Shown here in pieces: positions 49,054 through 60,030 of a stretch of 64,000 bases of DNA (the stretch's first letter is position 1; each line of letters opens with the position of its first letter). The notes under the pieces were generated by a model, which was given only the letters and a program-made list of their open reading frames with translations, made no database searches and was not told the origin of the DNA. The stretch spans positions 1,029,404-1,093,403 of the forward strand of contig OY970292.1 of the NCBI GenBank assembly GCA_963716145.1. The letters run 5' to 3'. This stretch comes from Candidatus Levyibacteriota bacterium. GTDB taxonomy: Bacteria; Patescibacteriota; Microgenomatia; Levybacterales; UBA12049. A program made the translations under genes and the position numbers.

Positions 49054-49700
49054 TTTTCTTTTTTGAGCCAGTTTACTCCGAGGTAGACTAAGGGGGTTTC
49101 GATGACTGACATGAAACAGCGAAGAAGATAGTAGGGAATTGCGATGCTAATTATAAAACTAAAATTGCTGGCAAATGGCTTATCAAGCGCGTAAAAGGCA
49201 AGTGTCATGAATAACGCAACATCAATCAGCTCAGATAAAAAATTGGATACATTGGTTCTGAGCCAAAGCTTTTTTTTACCTAATTTCTCACGCAATTTTG
49301 CAAAAATGAATACGTCTGTGAATTCACTAATAGCAAAAGCAATCAAACTCGCCGCCGAAAATCTTGCAGATATTCCAAAGATGGTGCTATATGCGGCATT
49401 TGTTGGCAAAAATCTATTGCTTGCTGGCAGCCAAGTTGCCAATAAAGAAAAAACCAGAATAAAAAATATCATAAAAAGACTTGATCTTACAACGCTTTGT
49501 GCTCTTTCTTTACCATAGACCTCAACGATAATATCGTTAATAGAATAAAGAAGCGGAAGAACAAAAATGGCAACTGTAGCATTTAAATGAAAAGTACCGA
49601 TTGTGGCAACGGGGAAAGTTTTGGCACCCATTACCTCTGAAAGTACAACACAAGTAGTGTAAAAAGCTATAAGGAAATCTAATTTTTGTATTTTGAGCAT
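49050..49700 (-). CDS. YhhQ/DUF165 (VUT) family membrane transporter, a queuosine-precursor transporter family
   Basis: Six TM helices; YSINDIIVEVYG motif characteristic of the YhhQ family. Confidence 0.6.
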   Translation of the reverse strand: MLKIQKLDFLIAFYTTCVVLSEVMGAKTFPVATIGTFHLNATVAIFVLPLLYSINDIIVEVYGKERAQSVVRSSLFMIFFILVFSLLATWLPASNRFLPTNAAYSTIFGISARFSAASLIAFAISEFTDVFIFAKLREKLGKKKLWLRTNVSNFLSELIDVALFMTLAFYALDKPFASNFSFIISIAIPYYLLRCFMSVIETPLVYLGVNWLKKEK

Positions 49701-49752
49701 TTATAAGTGAGGCAGCAAAAACATTATAGCAAAAGAGGCTGGAAATAAAAAG

Positions 49753-52539
49753 CTATGGAATATCAGGATAGTGGCATTTTTTCCACTTTTTTCCACTCCC
49801 GCAGGGACATGGATCATTGCGGCTGAGTTTGCTTTTTCCTTCTCCCTGGGCTTTTGCACTATTTGGTTTTTTCGCGCCTTCAGAAACCTCACTTGCCGGA
49901 GCGTTGGTGATTATTTGTCTGGGTTTTTTAAGTTGCGGAACAATTTGTTCAGGGGTCTGTGTTTGATGCGCGGGGCCGTCGTGTACAGAACCGTCTTCAT
50001 GAGTATGCTGCTGTGTCTGGATTTGGATTTTATAAATCCTGTGGGCAACTTCATCATCAATTCCACTCATGAGACTTTCAAACATTCTGAAGCCTTCATT
50101 TTTGTATTCAACAAGCGGATCTTTCTGAGCGTATCCGCGAAGACCAATCCCGGATCTCAAATTATCCATCGCGTCGAGGTGATTCATCCAGAGATTATCA
50201 ATCACAGAAAGCATTACAAACTTATCAACTTGACGCATAAGAGTCTCGCCAACCTGTTTTTCCCGCTCTTTGTATAAATCGTCTGCAATTTTGGTCAGAA
50301 AATCACTTTTCTCCTCAACTGTTTGCAGCTGCTGGAGTTGTGTAACCAGTTGTTTTTTTGAGGGTTCATCAAAAGGTATGATTGTCGCAAATTCCTCCAC
50401 AGCCTTTTCATTAACTGATTCAGTCGGATTATTTTCTACAGCCGCGAGATTTACCATTGAACTGACTGTCGTATTAATTCGGTTCTGAACTTCTTCTTTG
50501 AGTGTTTTGCTATCTTGTTTGGTGGTCCCGGTTTGATCCCCTGAGCTTTCTAGTATCTGTCTTCTGAGCCCGTAGATTATCTCTCTTTGTTTATTCAAAA
50601 CATCATCATATTCTACAAGGTGTTTTCGTGTATCGAAATTAAATCCTTCTACTTTTACCTGTGCATTTTCAATTGATTTGGAAACAAGCGGGTGTTCAAG
50701 CGGAACGTCTTCCGGCATATTAAACCGCGTCATAATTCCTGCGATCTTATCTCCGCCAAAAAGCCGCATAATCTCATCATCCAAAGCCACAAAAAATCTT
50801 GATGCGCCCGGATCTCCCTGTCTGCCTGATCTACCTCTTAACTGGTTATCAATACGCCGGGATTCATGCCGTTCAGTGCCGATTACATATAGTCCGCCCA
50901 GATCCAAAACTTCCTGATGCTCTTTCTCCCACTTTTTATATTCAGCAGAAGTTTTCTTGGCTGTACCGTCTTTATTTTTTGGTGTCTCACCCCCGAGAAC
51001 AATATCAACTCCCCGCCCTGCCATATTGGTTGCGACTGTTACAGCACCTTTTTTACCGGCTTGAGAGATAATTTCTGCTTCCCGCAGATGATTTTTGGCA
51101 TTAAGAAGTTCAAATTTTATTTTTCTCCGTTTTAAGTACTCCGCGACAATCTCGTTTTTCTCAATTGATGTTGTACCGACCAAAACCGGCTGTCCTTTCT
51201 TGTGTGCTGACTCAATTTCGTCAACAACCGCTGAATACTTAGCGCGGGTTGTTTTATAAACAGCATCTGAATTATCAACGCGGGCCAGGGGATTGTGGGT
51301 CGGGATCATAACAACATCAAGATTGTAAATTTTCCTGAATTCTTCTGCTTCTGTGACAGCAGTTCCTGTCATGCCGGCCAATTTTTCGTAAAGTCTGAAA
51401 TAGTTCTGAAGCGAAACAGTCGCAAGAGTTTTGGATTCCCTCTGAATTGGAACATTTTCCTTGGCCTCAATTGCCTGGTGGATTCCCTCAGACAACCGTC
51501 TTCCCTCCATAAGGCGTCCTGTAAATTCATCAACCAAAATCACCTGATTATCTTTAACAATGTACTCTTTTTCTTTATGGAAAAGAGTTCGGGCTTTGAG
51601 GGCTGCTTCCAAATGATAGACAGTATCAAAATCCTTTTCGTAAATATCAGACACACCGTAAAGTTTCTCAACCTTGCCAATTCCATGATCAGTCAAATGA
51701 GCAGTCCTGAGTTTTTCATCTATTATAAAATCCGTGTCTGGAGTCAATTTATCGATAACCTTGGCATATTCATAATAGCGCTGAGATGGTGCTTCATCAG
51801 GTGCTGAGATGATGTGAGGAGTACGGGCTTCATCAATAAGAACAGAGTCAACCTCATCAACGATCGCGAAATAATATCCTCTTTGCACGACCTGATCAAG
51901 TTCTTGAGCCATATTGTCGCGTAGATAATCAAAACCAAATTCAGAATTAATACCATAGGTAATATCCGCCTGGTATGCCTCTTTACGAGTTACAGGTTTT
52001 AGATGAAGCAGACGGTAATCAAATGCTTTTTCCTCAGTAAATTTGGGGTCGTAGATGTAGGACTGGTCATTTATAATTGATGAAACCGATACTCCTAAGA
52101 ATTCAAAGACCGGACCGTTCCATCCGGCATCACGTCGTGCCAAGTAATCATTAACAGTAACCAAGTGGACCCCTTTTCCGGTTAAGCTGTGAAGATACAA
52201 TGCAGGAATCGCTGAGACGGTTTTTCCTTCTCCTGTTTTTTGCTCCGCAATTTTACCCCGTGCCAGAACAGTTGCCGCCATGAGTTGAACATCAAAATGA
52301 CGCATCCCCAAAGTCCTGCGCGTTGCTTCACGAGCTAGAGCAAAAGCCTCAGGCATTATTTGTTCCAATGACTCCCCTTTATTTATTCTAGCTTTTAGTT
52401 CCTGAGTTTTTTTGGGAAAATCAGAATCTTTTAATTTCTCAATTTTTTCCTCAAGAATATTGATCTCTTCAACGATTGGCTGGAGTTTGTCTACTTCCCG
52501 GTTATTGGAATCAAAGAAGCGGTTTAGGATTGACAGCAT
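49753..52539 (-). CDS. secA: Preprotein translocase ATPase SecA
   Basis: DEAD-motor motifs (MRHFDVQL, GEGKT, TNMAGRGVDIVLGG). C-terminal zinc finger CPCGSGKKWKKCH. 928 aa. Confidence 0.9.
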   Translation of the reverse strand: MLSILNRFFDSNNREVDKLQPIVEEINILEEKIEKLKDSDFPKKTQELKARINKGESLEQIMPEAFALAREATRRTLGMRHFDVQLMAATVLARGKIAEQKTGEGKTVSAIPALYLHSLTGKGVHLVTVNDYLARRDAGWNGPVFEFLGVSVSSIINDQSYIYDPKFTEEKAFDYRLLHLKPVTRKEAYQADITYGINSEFGFDYLRDNMAQELDQVVQRGYYFAIVDEVDSVLIDEARTPHIISAPDEAPSQRYYEYAKVIDKLTPDTDFIIDEKLRTAHLTDHGIGKVEKLYGVSDIYEKDFDTVYHLEAALKARTLFHKEKEYIVKDNQVILVDEFTGRLMEGRRLSEGIHQAIEAKENVPIQRESKTLATVSLQNYFRLYEKLAGMTGTAVTEAEEFRKIYNLDVVMIPTHNPLARVDNSDAVYKTTRAKYSAVVDEIESAHKKGQPVLVGTTSIEKNEIVAEYLKRRKIKFELLNAKNHLREAEIISQAGKKGAVTVATNMAGRGVDIVLGGETPKNKDGTAKKTSAEYKKWEKEHQEVLDLGGLYVIGTERHESRRIDNQLRGRSGRQGDPGASRFFVALDDEIMRLFGGDKIAGIMTRFNMPEDVPLEHPLVSKSIENAQVKVEGFNFDTRKHLVEYDDVLNKQREIIYGLRRQILESSGDQTGTTKQDSKTLKEEVQNRINTTVSSMVNLAAVENNPTESVNEKAVEEFATIIPFDEPSKKQLVTQLQQLQTVEEKSDFLTKIADDLYKEREKQVGETLMRQVDKFVMLSVIDNLWMNHLDAMDNLRSGIGLRGYAQKDPLVEYKNEGFRMFESLMSGIDDEVAHRIYKIQIQTQQHTHEDGSVHDGPAHQTQTPEQIVPQLKKPRQIITNAPASEVSEGAKKPNSAKAQGEGKSKLSRNDPCPCGSGKKWKKCHYPDIP

Positions 52540-52565
52540 ATATCTATATTACCACAAATTAGGCT

Positions 52566-52611
52566 CAGAAAAAACCCCGCTCATTTTATTTTAGTAATAT
52601 GGGCGGGGCTT
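52566..52611 (-). terminator. Rho-independent terminator between serS/micro-ORF and secA
   Basis: Minus strand aagccccgcccau-[14-nt loop]-augagcgggg followed by uuuuuu. Confidence 0.55.
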
Positions 52612-52652
52612 ACCAATTGATCAGTTGGTAATGTCTGTGACATTAACCAAAA

Positions 52653-52700
52653 CTATTTCTTTTTTGCTTTTGCTTTCTTTGCTTTTTTCTTTGCTGGCAT
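52653..52700 (-). CDS. Micro-ORF encoding a 15-aa lysine-rich peptide MPAKKKAKKAKAKKK
   Basis: Perfect SD aggagg 9 nt upstream of the ATG. Followed by two hairpins and the terminator. Candidate promoter ttgaca at about 52777. Confidence 0.3.
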   Translation of the reverse strand: MPAKKKAKKAKAKKK

Positions 52701-52851
52701 GTAAAATCACCTCCTCTTATATTTAGGATAATTTAATAATGTTATTTATCTTTAAATTTGTCAAGAATTTTTCCCTGCTTCAAAAGTGCTAAATTAGGTT
52801 GATAATCCAACAAAAATCATGATCGTTATTTATTATTTTTTTTGACAATTT

Positions 52852-52935
52852 GAGGGGCGGACGACTGAAAGGAGGAGCCCGCCTGCGAGCGTAGCGAGAC
52901 AGGGGTGGACGGAGTTTAGAAACGGCTATAAGAGA
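52852..52935. other. GC-rich structured element immediately downstream of serS
   Basis: gaggggcggacgactgaaaggaggagcccgcctgcgagcgtagcgagacaggggtggacggag in an AT-rich background. Local stem ggcgg/ccgcc. Function and strand unknown. Confidence 0.2.
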
Positions 52936-52942
52936 AGAGTAG

Positions 52943-54205
52943 TTATTCTTTTGAGGAAATTACATCTTTTCCCATATATTTTTGCAAAACTTTTGGAATA
53001 AGAATACTTCCATCTTCCTGCTGATAGTTTTCAAGTATTGCGCCAAGCAGCCGCGGGGTCGCGACAACAGTATTGTTAAGAGTATATACATATTTTGTTG
53101 TACCCTCCGATGCGCGGTATTTCATGTTTAGTCTTCTTGACTGAAAATCATTAAAGTAACTTGCGGAATGAGTCTCACGGTACTTGTTTTGGGACGGGAA
53201 CCAGGTCTCTATATCGTATTTTTTACGTTGTCCCGCGCCCATGTCACCTGTGCACATAAGCAAGACTCGGTAGGCAAGTCCCAACTCCTGAAGAATTTGT
53301 TCGGAAAATTCAAGCATTTTTTCATGCCACTGTCTAGTTACATCTTCATCCGCGACAGTTAAGACAACCTGCTCAACTTTATTAAACTGATGTACGCGGA
53401 AAAATCCTTTGGTATCTTTTCCATAAGTTCCAACTTCGCGTCGAAAGCATGGAGAAACTCCGATAAGCTTTATGGGCAAGTTTTTTTCATCAAGTACTTC
53501 ATCCTGATGATATGCCGTGAGTGAGACTTCGGATGTGCCAATCAATCCCTGGCCATCCTGAGTTGTGTAATGATCTTCAATTCCCCATGGAAAATACCCA
53601 GTTCCCCATAAAGCCTCTTTGTTGACCATCCACGGAACAGCCATTGGGGTAAAATCTTGCTTACTCATAAAATCCAGCGCAAAATTTAAGACAGCTTGCT
53701 CAAGAAGCACGAGATCGCCTTTCAGAAAATAAGCTCTAGTTCCTCCAATTTTTACTGCCCTTTTTGAATCATAGAGGTTAAGATTTTCTGCCAGTTGATC
53801 ATGCGATAGGGGAGTAAAAGTGAATTTTTTAATTTCTCCTGCTTTTTTAATTTCTACGTTTCCTGATTCATCTTTTCCAATTGGTACGTCGGATCCAGCT
53901 GGATTAGGAACTTGAAACATGACTTGCTGATAGTTTTTATCAATTTCTGCAAGTTCCGGTTCCAATTTGCTTAATTCCTCCTTAAATTTTTTTCCCTTCT
54001 CAATTTGCTCATCAGTCGGCTTGGCTTTTATTGCAGACTGAAAAGAATTCGCCTCTTTTCTAATCTCTTCAATTTTTTGGATTAGTGAGCGGCGTTTTTC
54101 ATCAAGCTCCAAAACTTTATCTATGATTGAGGAATCAATTTGCTTATCAGCTGTTGCTTTTTTGACGGTTTCTTTGTTTTCGCGGATGTATTTAATATCA
54201 AGCAT
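52943..54205 (-). CDS. serS: Serine--tRNA ligase
   Basis: N-terminal coiled-coil arm (MLDIKYIRENKETVKK...), class II core with TGDMGAGQ-like motifs and FRRE. 420 aa. Confidence 0.9.
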   Translation of the reverse strand: MLDIKYIRENKETVKKATADKQIDSSIIDKVLELDEKRRSLIQKIEEIRKEANSFQSAIKAKPTDEQIEKGKKFKEELSKLEPELAEIDKNYQQVMFQVPNPAGSDVPIGKDESGNVEIKKAGEIKKFTFTPLSHDQLAENLNLYDSKRAVKIGGTRAYFLKGDLVLLEQAVLNFALDFMSKQDFTPMAVPWMVNKEALWGTGYFPWGIEDHYTTQDGQGLIGTSEVSLTAYHQDEVLDEKNLPIKLIGVSPCFRREVGTYGKDTKGFFRVHQFNKVEQVVLTVADEDVTRQWHEKMLEFSEQILQELGLAYRVLLMCTGDMGAGQRKKYDIETWFPSQNKYRETHSASYFNDFQSRRLNMKYRASEGTTKYVYTLNNTVVATPRLLGAILENYQQEDGSILIPKVLQKYMGKDVISSKE

Positions 54206-54245
54206 ACGTATAAGTATAAAGTATTAGGTATTAAGTATAAAGGGT

Positions 54246-54656
54246 TTATTTTTTTGTTTTTGGCGAGGATTTTTTCGCGGTAGTCTTTGGTTTTGCTGTA
54301 GCTTTAGTCTTGGGTGCATCTTTTGCCTTTACTGCTGCAGTCGCGTTTGACGCGACCGGTTTGGCTTTAGCGGTTTTTGGTGCTGCCTCTTTTGCCGGCG
54401 CTGCTTTTGTTTTAGAAGTTGAGGGACTGATTAATTTATTGAGAGAAGATTTCATTCTGGCAGCTTTATTTTTGTGCATTATGTTTGCTTTTACTGCCTT
54501 ATCAATTGCTTTGAAAGCAACGCTCACTGTCTTTGCATTTTTTGCAATCTTTGCTTTTTTAACAGCTTCTTTATAGATGTTTTTAACTTTCTTGTTCAGA
54601 AGAGTCCGCTTTTTGTCTTGTTTGAGCTTTTTTTTCGCGTGTTTTAATATTGGCAT
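54246..54656 (-). CDS. rpsT: 30S ribosomal protein S20 with a Lys/Ala-rich C-terminal extension
   Basis: MPILKHAKKKLKQDKKR...IMHKNKAARMKSSLNK matches the S20 core. An extra ~60 aa AKP-rich histone H1-like tail. Confidence 0.75.
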   Translation of the reverse strand: MPILKHAKKKLKQDKKRTLLNKKVKNIYKEAVKKAKIAKNAKTVSVAFKAIDKAVKANIMHKNKAARMKSSLNKLISPSTSKTKAAPAKEAAPKTAKAKPVASNATAAVKAKDAPKTKATAKPKTTAKKSSPKTKK

Positions 54657-54692
54657 AACGGTATTTTAGCATGCTATACTGGTAAATACAAC

Positions 54693-56357
54693 ATGCGTAA
54701 TAATTTTTTAACAAAAAGTATCGATATTTTAACCCGCCGGCAGAGTAATATTTTGTCTGCCGCTTTTGTTATTATGGGGACTGTTGTTTTGTCCCAGATT
54801 CTCGGGCTTTTTAAAAAACGTCTTCTCATATCTTTGTTTGGTGCATCAGTTACAACGGGAGTTTATGACGTTGCATATAAATTTCCGGATCTACTTTTCC
54901 AATTAGTTATCGCCAGTGCACTATCGAGTGCGTTTATTCCTGTTTTCTCAGATTTATTAGCCAAGAATAAAGAAGAAGAGGCTCACAAAATGGCATCCAA
55001 TCTCTTAACCCTGGGTGTAATCATTTTTTTCATTTTCTCACTCGTTCTTTCAATTTTTGCTCCATTTTTTCTTCAACTTTTTAATCCGGGTGGAGGTTTT
55101 TCAGCAGCAGACATGATGCTTATGGCGAATCTTTTAAGAATTATTATTTTCGGACAACTGTTGATAGTTATTGGTACTTTTTTTACAGCTCTTCTTCAGT
55201 CCTACAACCATTTTTTTATTCCGGGATTTGCTCTGGCTCTTTATAATCTGGGTATTATTGTAGGACTCTTTACGCTTTCTCCTTACATTGGAATTTATTC
55301 AGGAGCTGTCGGGACGATAATTGGAGCTTTGTTTTTTATCCTTTTTCAGCTTCCCATGGTTAAAAAAATAGGTTTTAAATACAGGCCTAGCTTATCTCTC
55401 AAAAATTCCGGTGTTATCACTATTGCAAATTTGATGTGGCCCAGAACTATCTCAAACGCGATTTTTCAGATGGGCACCATTCTTATTGTTTCTCTTGTTT
55501 CTTTTTTGCCGGCAACGGGGCGCAATTACATCATTTTTGATCTAGCCCAAACTATTGCCTGGGCGCCTGTTGCTCTTATCGGTCAGGCAATTGCTCAAGC
55601 AGCTTTTCCGGTTTTAGCTCGCGAGCGTGCAAATCTTGAAAATTTCAAAATAACTTTCATGAATAGTTTCAATCAGATGCTTTACCTGATTCTTCCTATC
55701 TCCATTCTTATCCTAGTACTTCGTATCCCGATAGTCAGACTTGTTTTTGGAGCGCCCAGACTTGATTGGCCTGCAACAGTTCTGACAGGTAGAACTCTTG
55801 CCTTTTTTGCTCTCTCTATTTTTGCGCAAGCTTTAATCGCTCTTGTCTACAGGGCTTTCTATGCGCTTCATGACACAAGGACACCGCTTGTTACAGGAGC
55901 GCTCTCTACTTTTTTTATGCTTTTATTGGGATATATTTTTATAGTTCCTATGCAGATGGGAATTTCAAGTATTGCTGCTGCGTATTCAATTGCGGGGATT
56001 GCTCAACTTTTTTTGCTTCTCTATCTTTTAAATAAGGCAACGGGAGGATTTCACCTGCCGACACTTTTTTTGTCCTGGGTCAAAATATCCGCATCATCTT
56101 TTTTTACAGCGTTTGCCTTGTATATTCCTATCAAACTTCTTGACCAATTGGTTTTTGACACCACACATACAATTAATTTGTTAATTTTAACAGGTATCTC
56201 ATCATTTGCAGGTTTTTCGCTATATCTTTTCCTGACTTGGTTTTTTGATGTGAAAGAGGCTACTATGTATGTTCTTGCTGTGCGAAAAATGGGGAATTGG
56301 AGGGAAGTTGCTGAAAAGATTGAGGAAATTATTGGTAGAGATAAAGACGGGGTTTAG
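54693..56357 (+). CDS. murJ: Lipid II flippase MurJ (MviN)
   Basis: 14 TM MOP-family protein. N-terminal ...KKRLLISLFGASVTTGVYDVAYKFPDLLFQ...AFIPVF matches MurJ signature regions. Confidence 0.8.
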   Translation: MRNNFLTKSIDILTRRQSNILSAAFVIMGTVVLSQILGLFKKRLLISLFGASVTTGVYDVAYKFPDLLFQLVIASALSSAFIPVFSDLLAKNKEEEAHKMASNLLTLGVIIFFIFSLVLSIFAPFFLQLFNPGGGFSAADMMLMANLLRIIIFGQLLIVIGTFFTALLQSYNHFFIPGFALALYNLGIIVGLFTLSPYIGIYSGAVGTIIGALFFILFQLPMVKKIGFKYRPSLSLKNSGVITIANLMWPRTISNAIFQMGTILIVSLVSFLPATGRNYIIFDLAQTIAWAPVALIGQAIAQAAFPVLARERANLENFKITFMNSFNQMLYLILPISILILVLRIPIVRLVFGAPRLDWPATVLTGRTLAFFALSIFAQALIALVYRAFYALHDTRTPLVTGALSTFFMLLLGYIFIVPMQMGISSIAAAYSIAGIAQLFLLLYLLNKATGGFHLPTLFLSWVKISASSFFTAFALYIPIKLLDQLVFDTTHTINLLILTGISSFAGFSLYLFLTWFFDVKEATMYVLAVRKMGNWREVAEKIEEIIGRDKDGV

Positions 56358-56361
56358 TACG

Positions 56362-58336
<1,975 letters not shown>

Positions 58337-58414
58337 ATATTAGGTTTTAGGTGTTAGTTTTTAGGGGTTAGGTTTCTAATCACTAAACACAAATCTCTAA
58401 TCACTAGTTCAGAG

Positions 58415-58441
58415 TTATCACTCGGTCGATTAGAATGCTAG
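58415..58441 (-). promoter_or_regulatory. CIRCE-like inverted repeat (HrcA operator) upstream of groES
   Basis: Minus strand cTAGCAtTC-taatcgacc-GAGTGaTAA versus the consensus TTAGCACTC-N9-GAGTGCTAA (3 mismatches, 9-nt spacer). Confidence 0.5.
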
Positions 58442-58551
58442 TTTATAACAGGAGCAAAAAGATGTCAAGACCCTAAAACGGCCGGACTCCATTTTCGATG
58501 ATTATTCGCCTACTATTGACACATAGTTAAGTATTTATATACAGTATATAT

Positions 58552-60030
58552 ATGCCCGTAACTGAGACCAGTGAAGTAAAGCCTCAATCATCCAGCCCAA
58601 AAGGTATTATTGCATTCATTATAGTGGTACTGATTTTCGGATCCGCGGCAATGCTTGCACTCCGCAACAACAATAGAAATAACGATTCCAACAATCAGCA
58701 AAACGGCCAAAATCCATCTAAGTCAGCGCCCCTACTCAGCTCGCCTATCTCCCCGCATACACTGGTATATGGCGGGTGGGTAGGAAATAAATCATCAATA
58801 AAATCGCTTGACCTTTCCTCAGGTGAGAACAAAACCCTGGCAGAGCTTCCGGAAAATATCAAAAAAGTAAGCGTTATTTCATCTGACTCCCTTCTATATA
58901 TAGATCAGACAGATGATCGCGACCACGGCAAGCAGCTGGTGCTGTATTCATTGAGAGATAAGAAACCCCTGGCGACTGTTTCTGCCTCAGCCGGTTTTGG
59001 AATTGATGATTATGCCGTTTCTCCAAACAAACAATTTGTGGCAATCTGGGAAGTTTCTTTTGCGCCTAATTCTTCAGTGCTTAAAGGAGGGCATTCACGG
59101 GTCTATGCGTTGAATTTGGACAGTCCCACCGTCAAGAATCTTATTTACGACGAATCAGCTTCAGTTTTTGTAAATAATCCCCGCGCAGTTCTCAATGACG
59201 GAAGAGTTGTTACGGATAGATTTGTTCCAAATGATCCCAATGGCCAGGGATGGGCATATGGAGTAAGCATCTCAAGCTTTGATGGGACTACCAAACAACA
59301 ACTCACTCAAATGCAAGACGGTACATATGGAACCCCACCAGTCATATCACCTGACGGGAAAAAACTTGTGTTCACCGGTTACAATGGTTCATCAGGACCA
59401 GGTACGGGATTGGTGAATGGTTTTAGGAGGGCTATTGCCAAAAGTAACACAATTGACGTGATTGATGTAGCAACTCTTGAGCGCAAAACCATACCCAATA
59501 ATCTTCCGTCAGGCACTATTTACAGTACTGCCGGTTGGGGAGATACAGCCGATGATATTGTTTTTAACTCAACCGACGGTTTGTATGCGCAGAATCTCGC
59601 CACGCAGACTGTAACAAAGCTTAATCAAACAGAATTATCCTACGTTACAAAACTTTCAACCGACAAAACACTTCTCGGCTCAGAAGATGAATCCGAGTCT
59701 ACTCTCGGCAACCTAGGCGACACATATGCTTCCTCAATTAAGCAATTTTCCGTACAGGATGCAAAAACAGCACAACTTATCGGGCTCAACTTATCTGACA
59801 ATCTTATGCAATACATTTCACTACTGCCTGCAAATTATTTCCCAGAGGTTTTGGGAACATTGGTTGTTCCCACCAACCTTACTCCAACGATAATCGATCT
59901 CTATTCAGATAAGAATGTCAAAAAAGACAATCTCCAGCTTTACACTTTTTATCTCAAAGCAGATCTCGCTCCAAAAAGAACGGTCCAGCAGACAGGCCTC
60001 TCCGGTGGAAGGAAAACCAAGATGTCGTGA
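58552..60030 (+). CDS. Membrane-anchored secreted protein with TolB-like beta-propeller repeats
   Basis: N-terminal TM (IIAFIIVVLIFGSAAMLAL). Repeated VSPNKQFVAIW and ISPDGKKLVFTGYNG blades reminiscent of TolB/WD40-like propellers. No Cys. Confidence 0.4.
   Translation: MPVTETSEVKPQSSSPKGIIAFIIVVLIFGSAAMLALRNNNRNNDSNNQQNGQNPSKSAPLLSSPISPHTLVYGGWVGNKSSIKSLDLSSGENKTLAELPENIKKVSVISSDSLLYIDQTDDRDHGKQLVLYSLRDKKPLATVSASAGFGIDDYAVSPNKQFVAIWEVSFAPNSSVLKGGHSRVYALNLDSPTVKNLIYDESASVFVNNPRAVLNDGRVVTDRFVPNDPNGQGWAYGVSISSFDGTTKQQLTQMQDGTYGTPPVISPDGKKLVFTGYNGSSGPGTGLVNGFRRAIAKSNTIDVIDVATLERKTIPNNLPSGTIYSTAGWGDTADDIVFNSTDGLYAQNLATQTVTKLNQTELSYVTKLSTDKTLLGSEDESESTLGNLGDTYASSIKQFSVQDAKTAQLIGLNLSDNLMQYISLLPANYFPEVLGTLVVPTNLTPTIIDLYSDKNVKKDNLQLYTFYLKADLAPKRTVQQTGLSGGRKTKMS

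Noticed and set aside
52540-52652. Second small RNA in the hairpin cluster upstream of secA
   Set aside because: The hairpins are fully explained as a rho-independent terminator (stem + U6) and accessory stems downstream of the micro-ORF.
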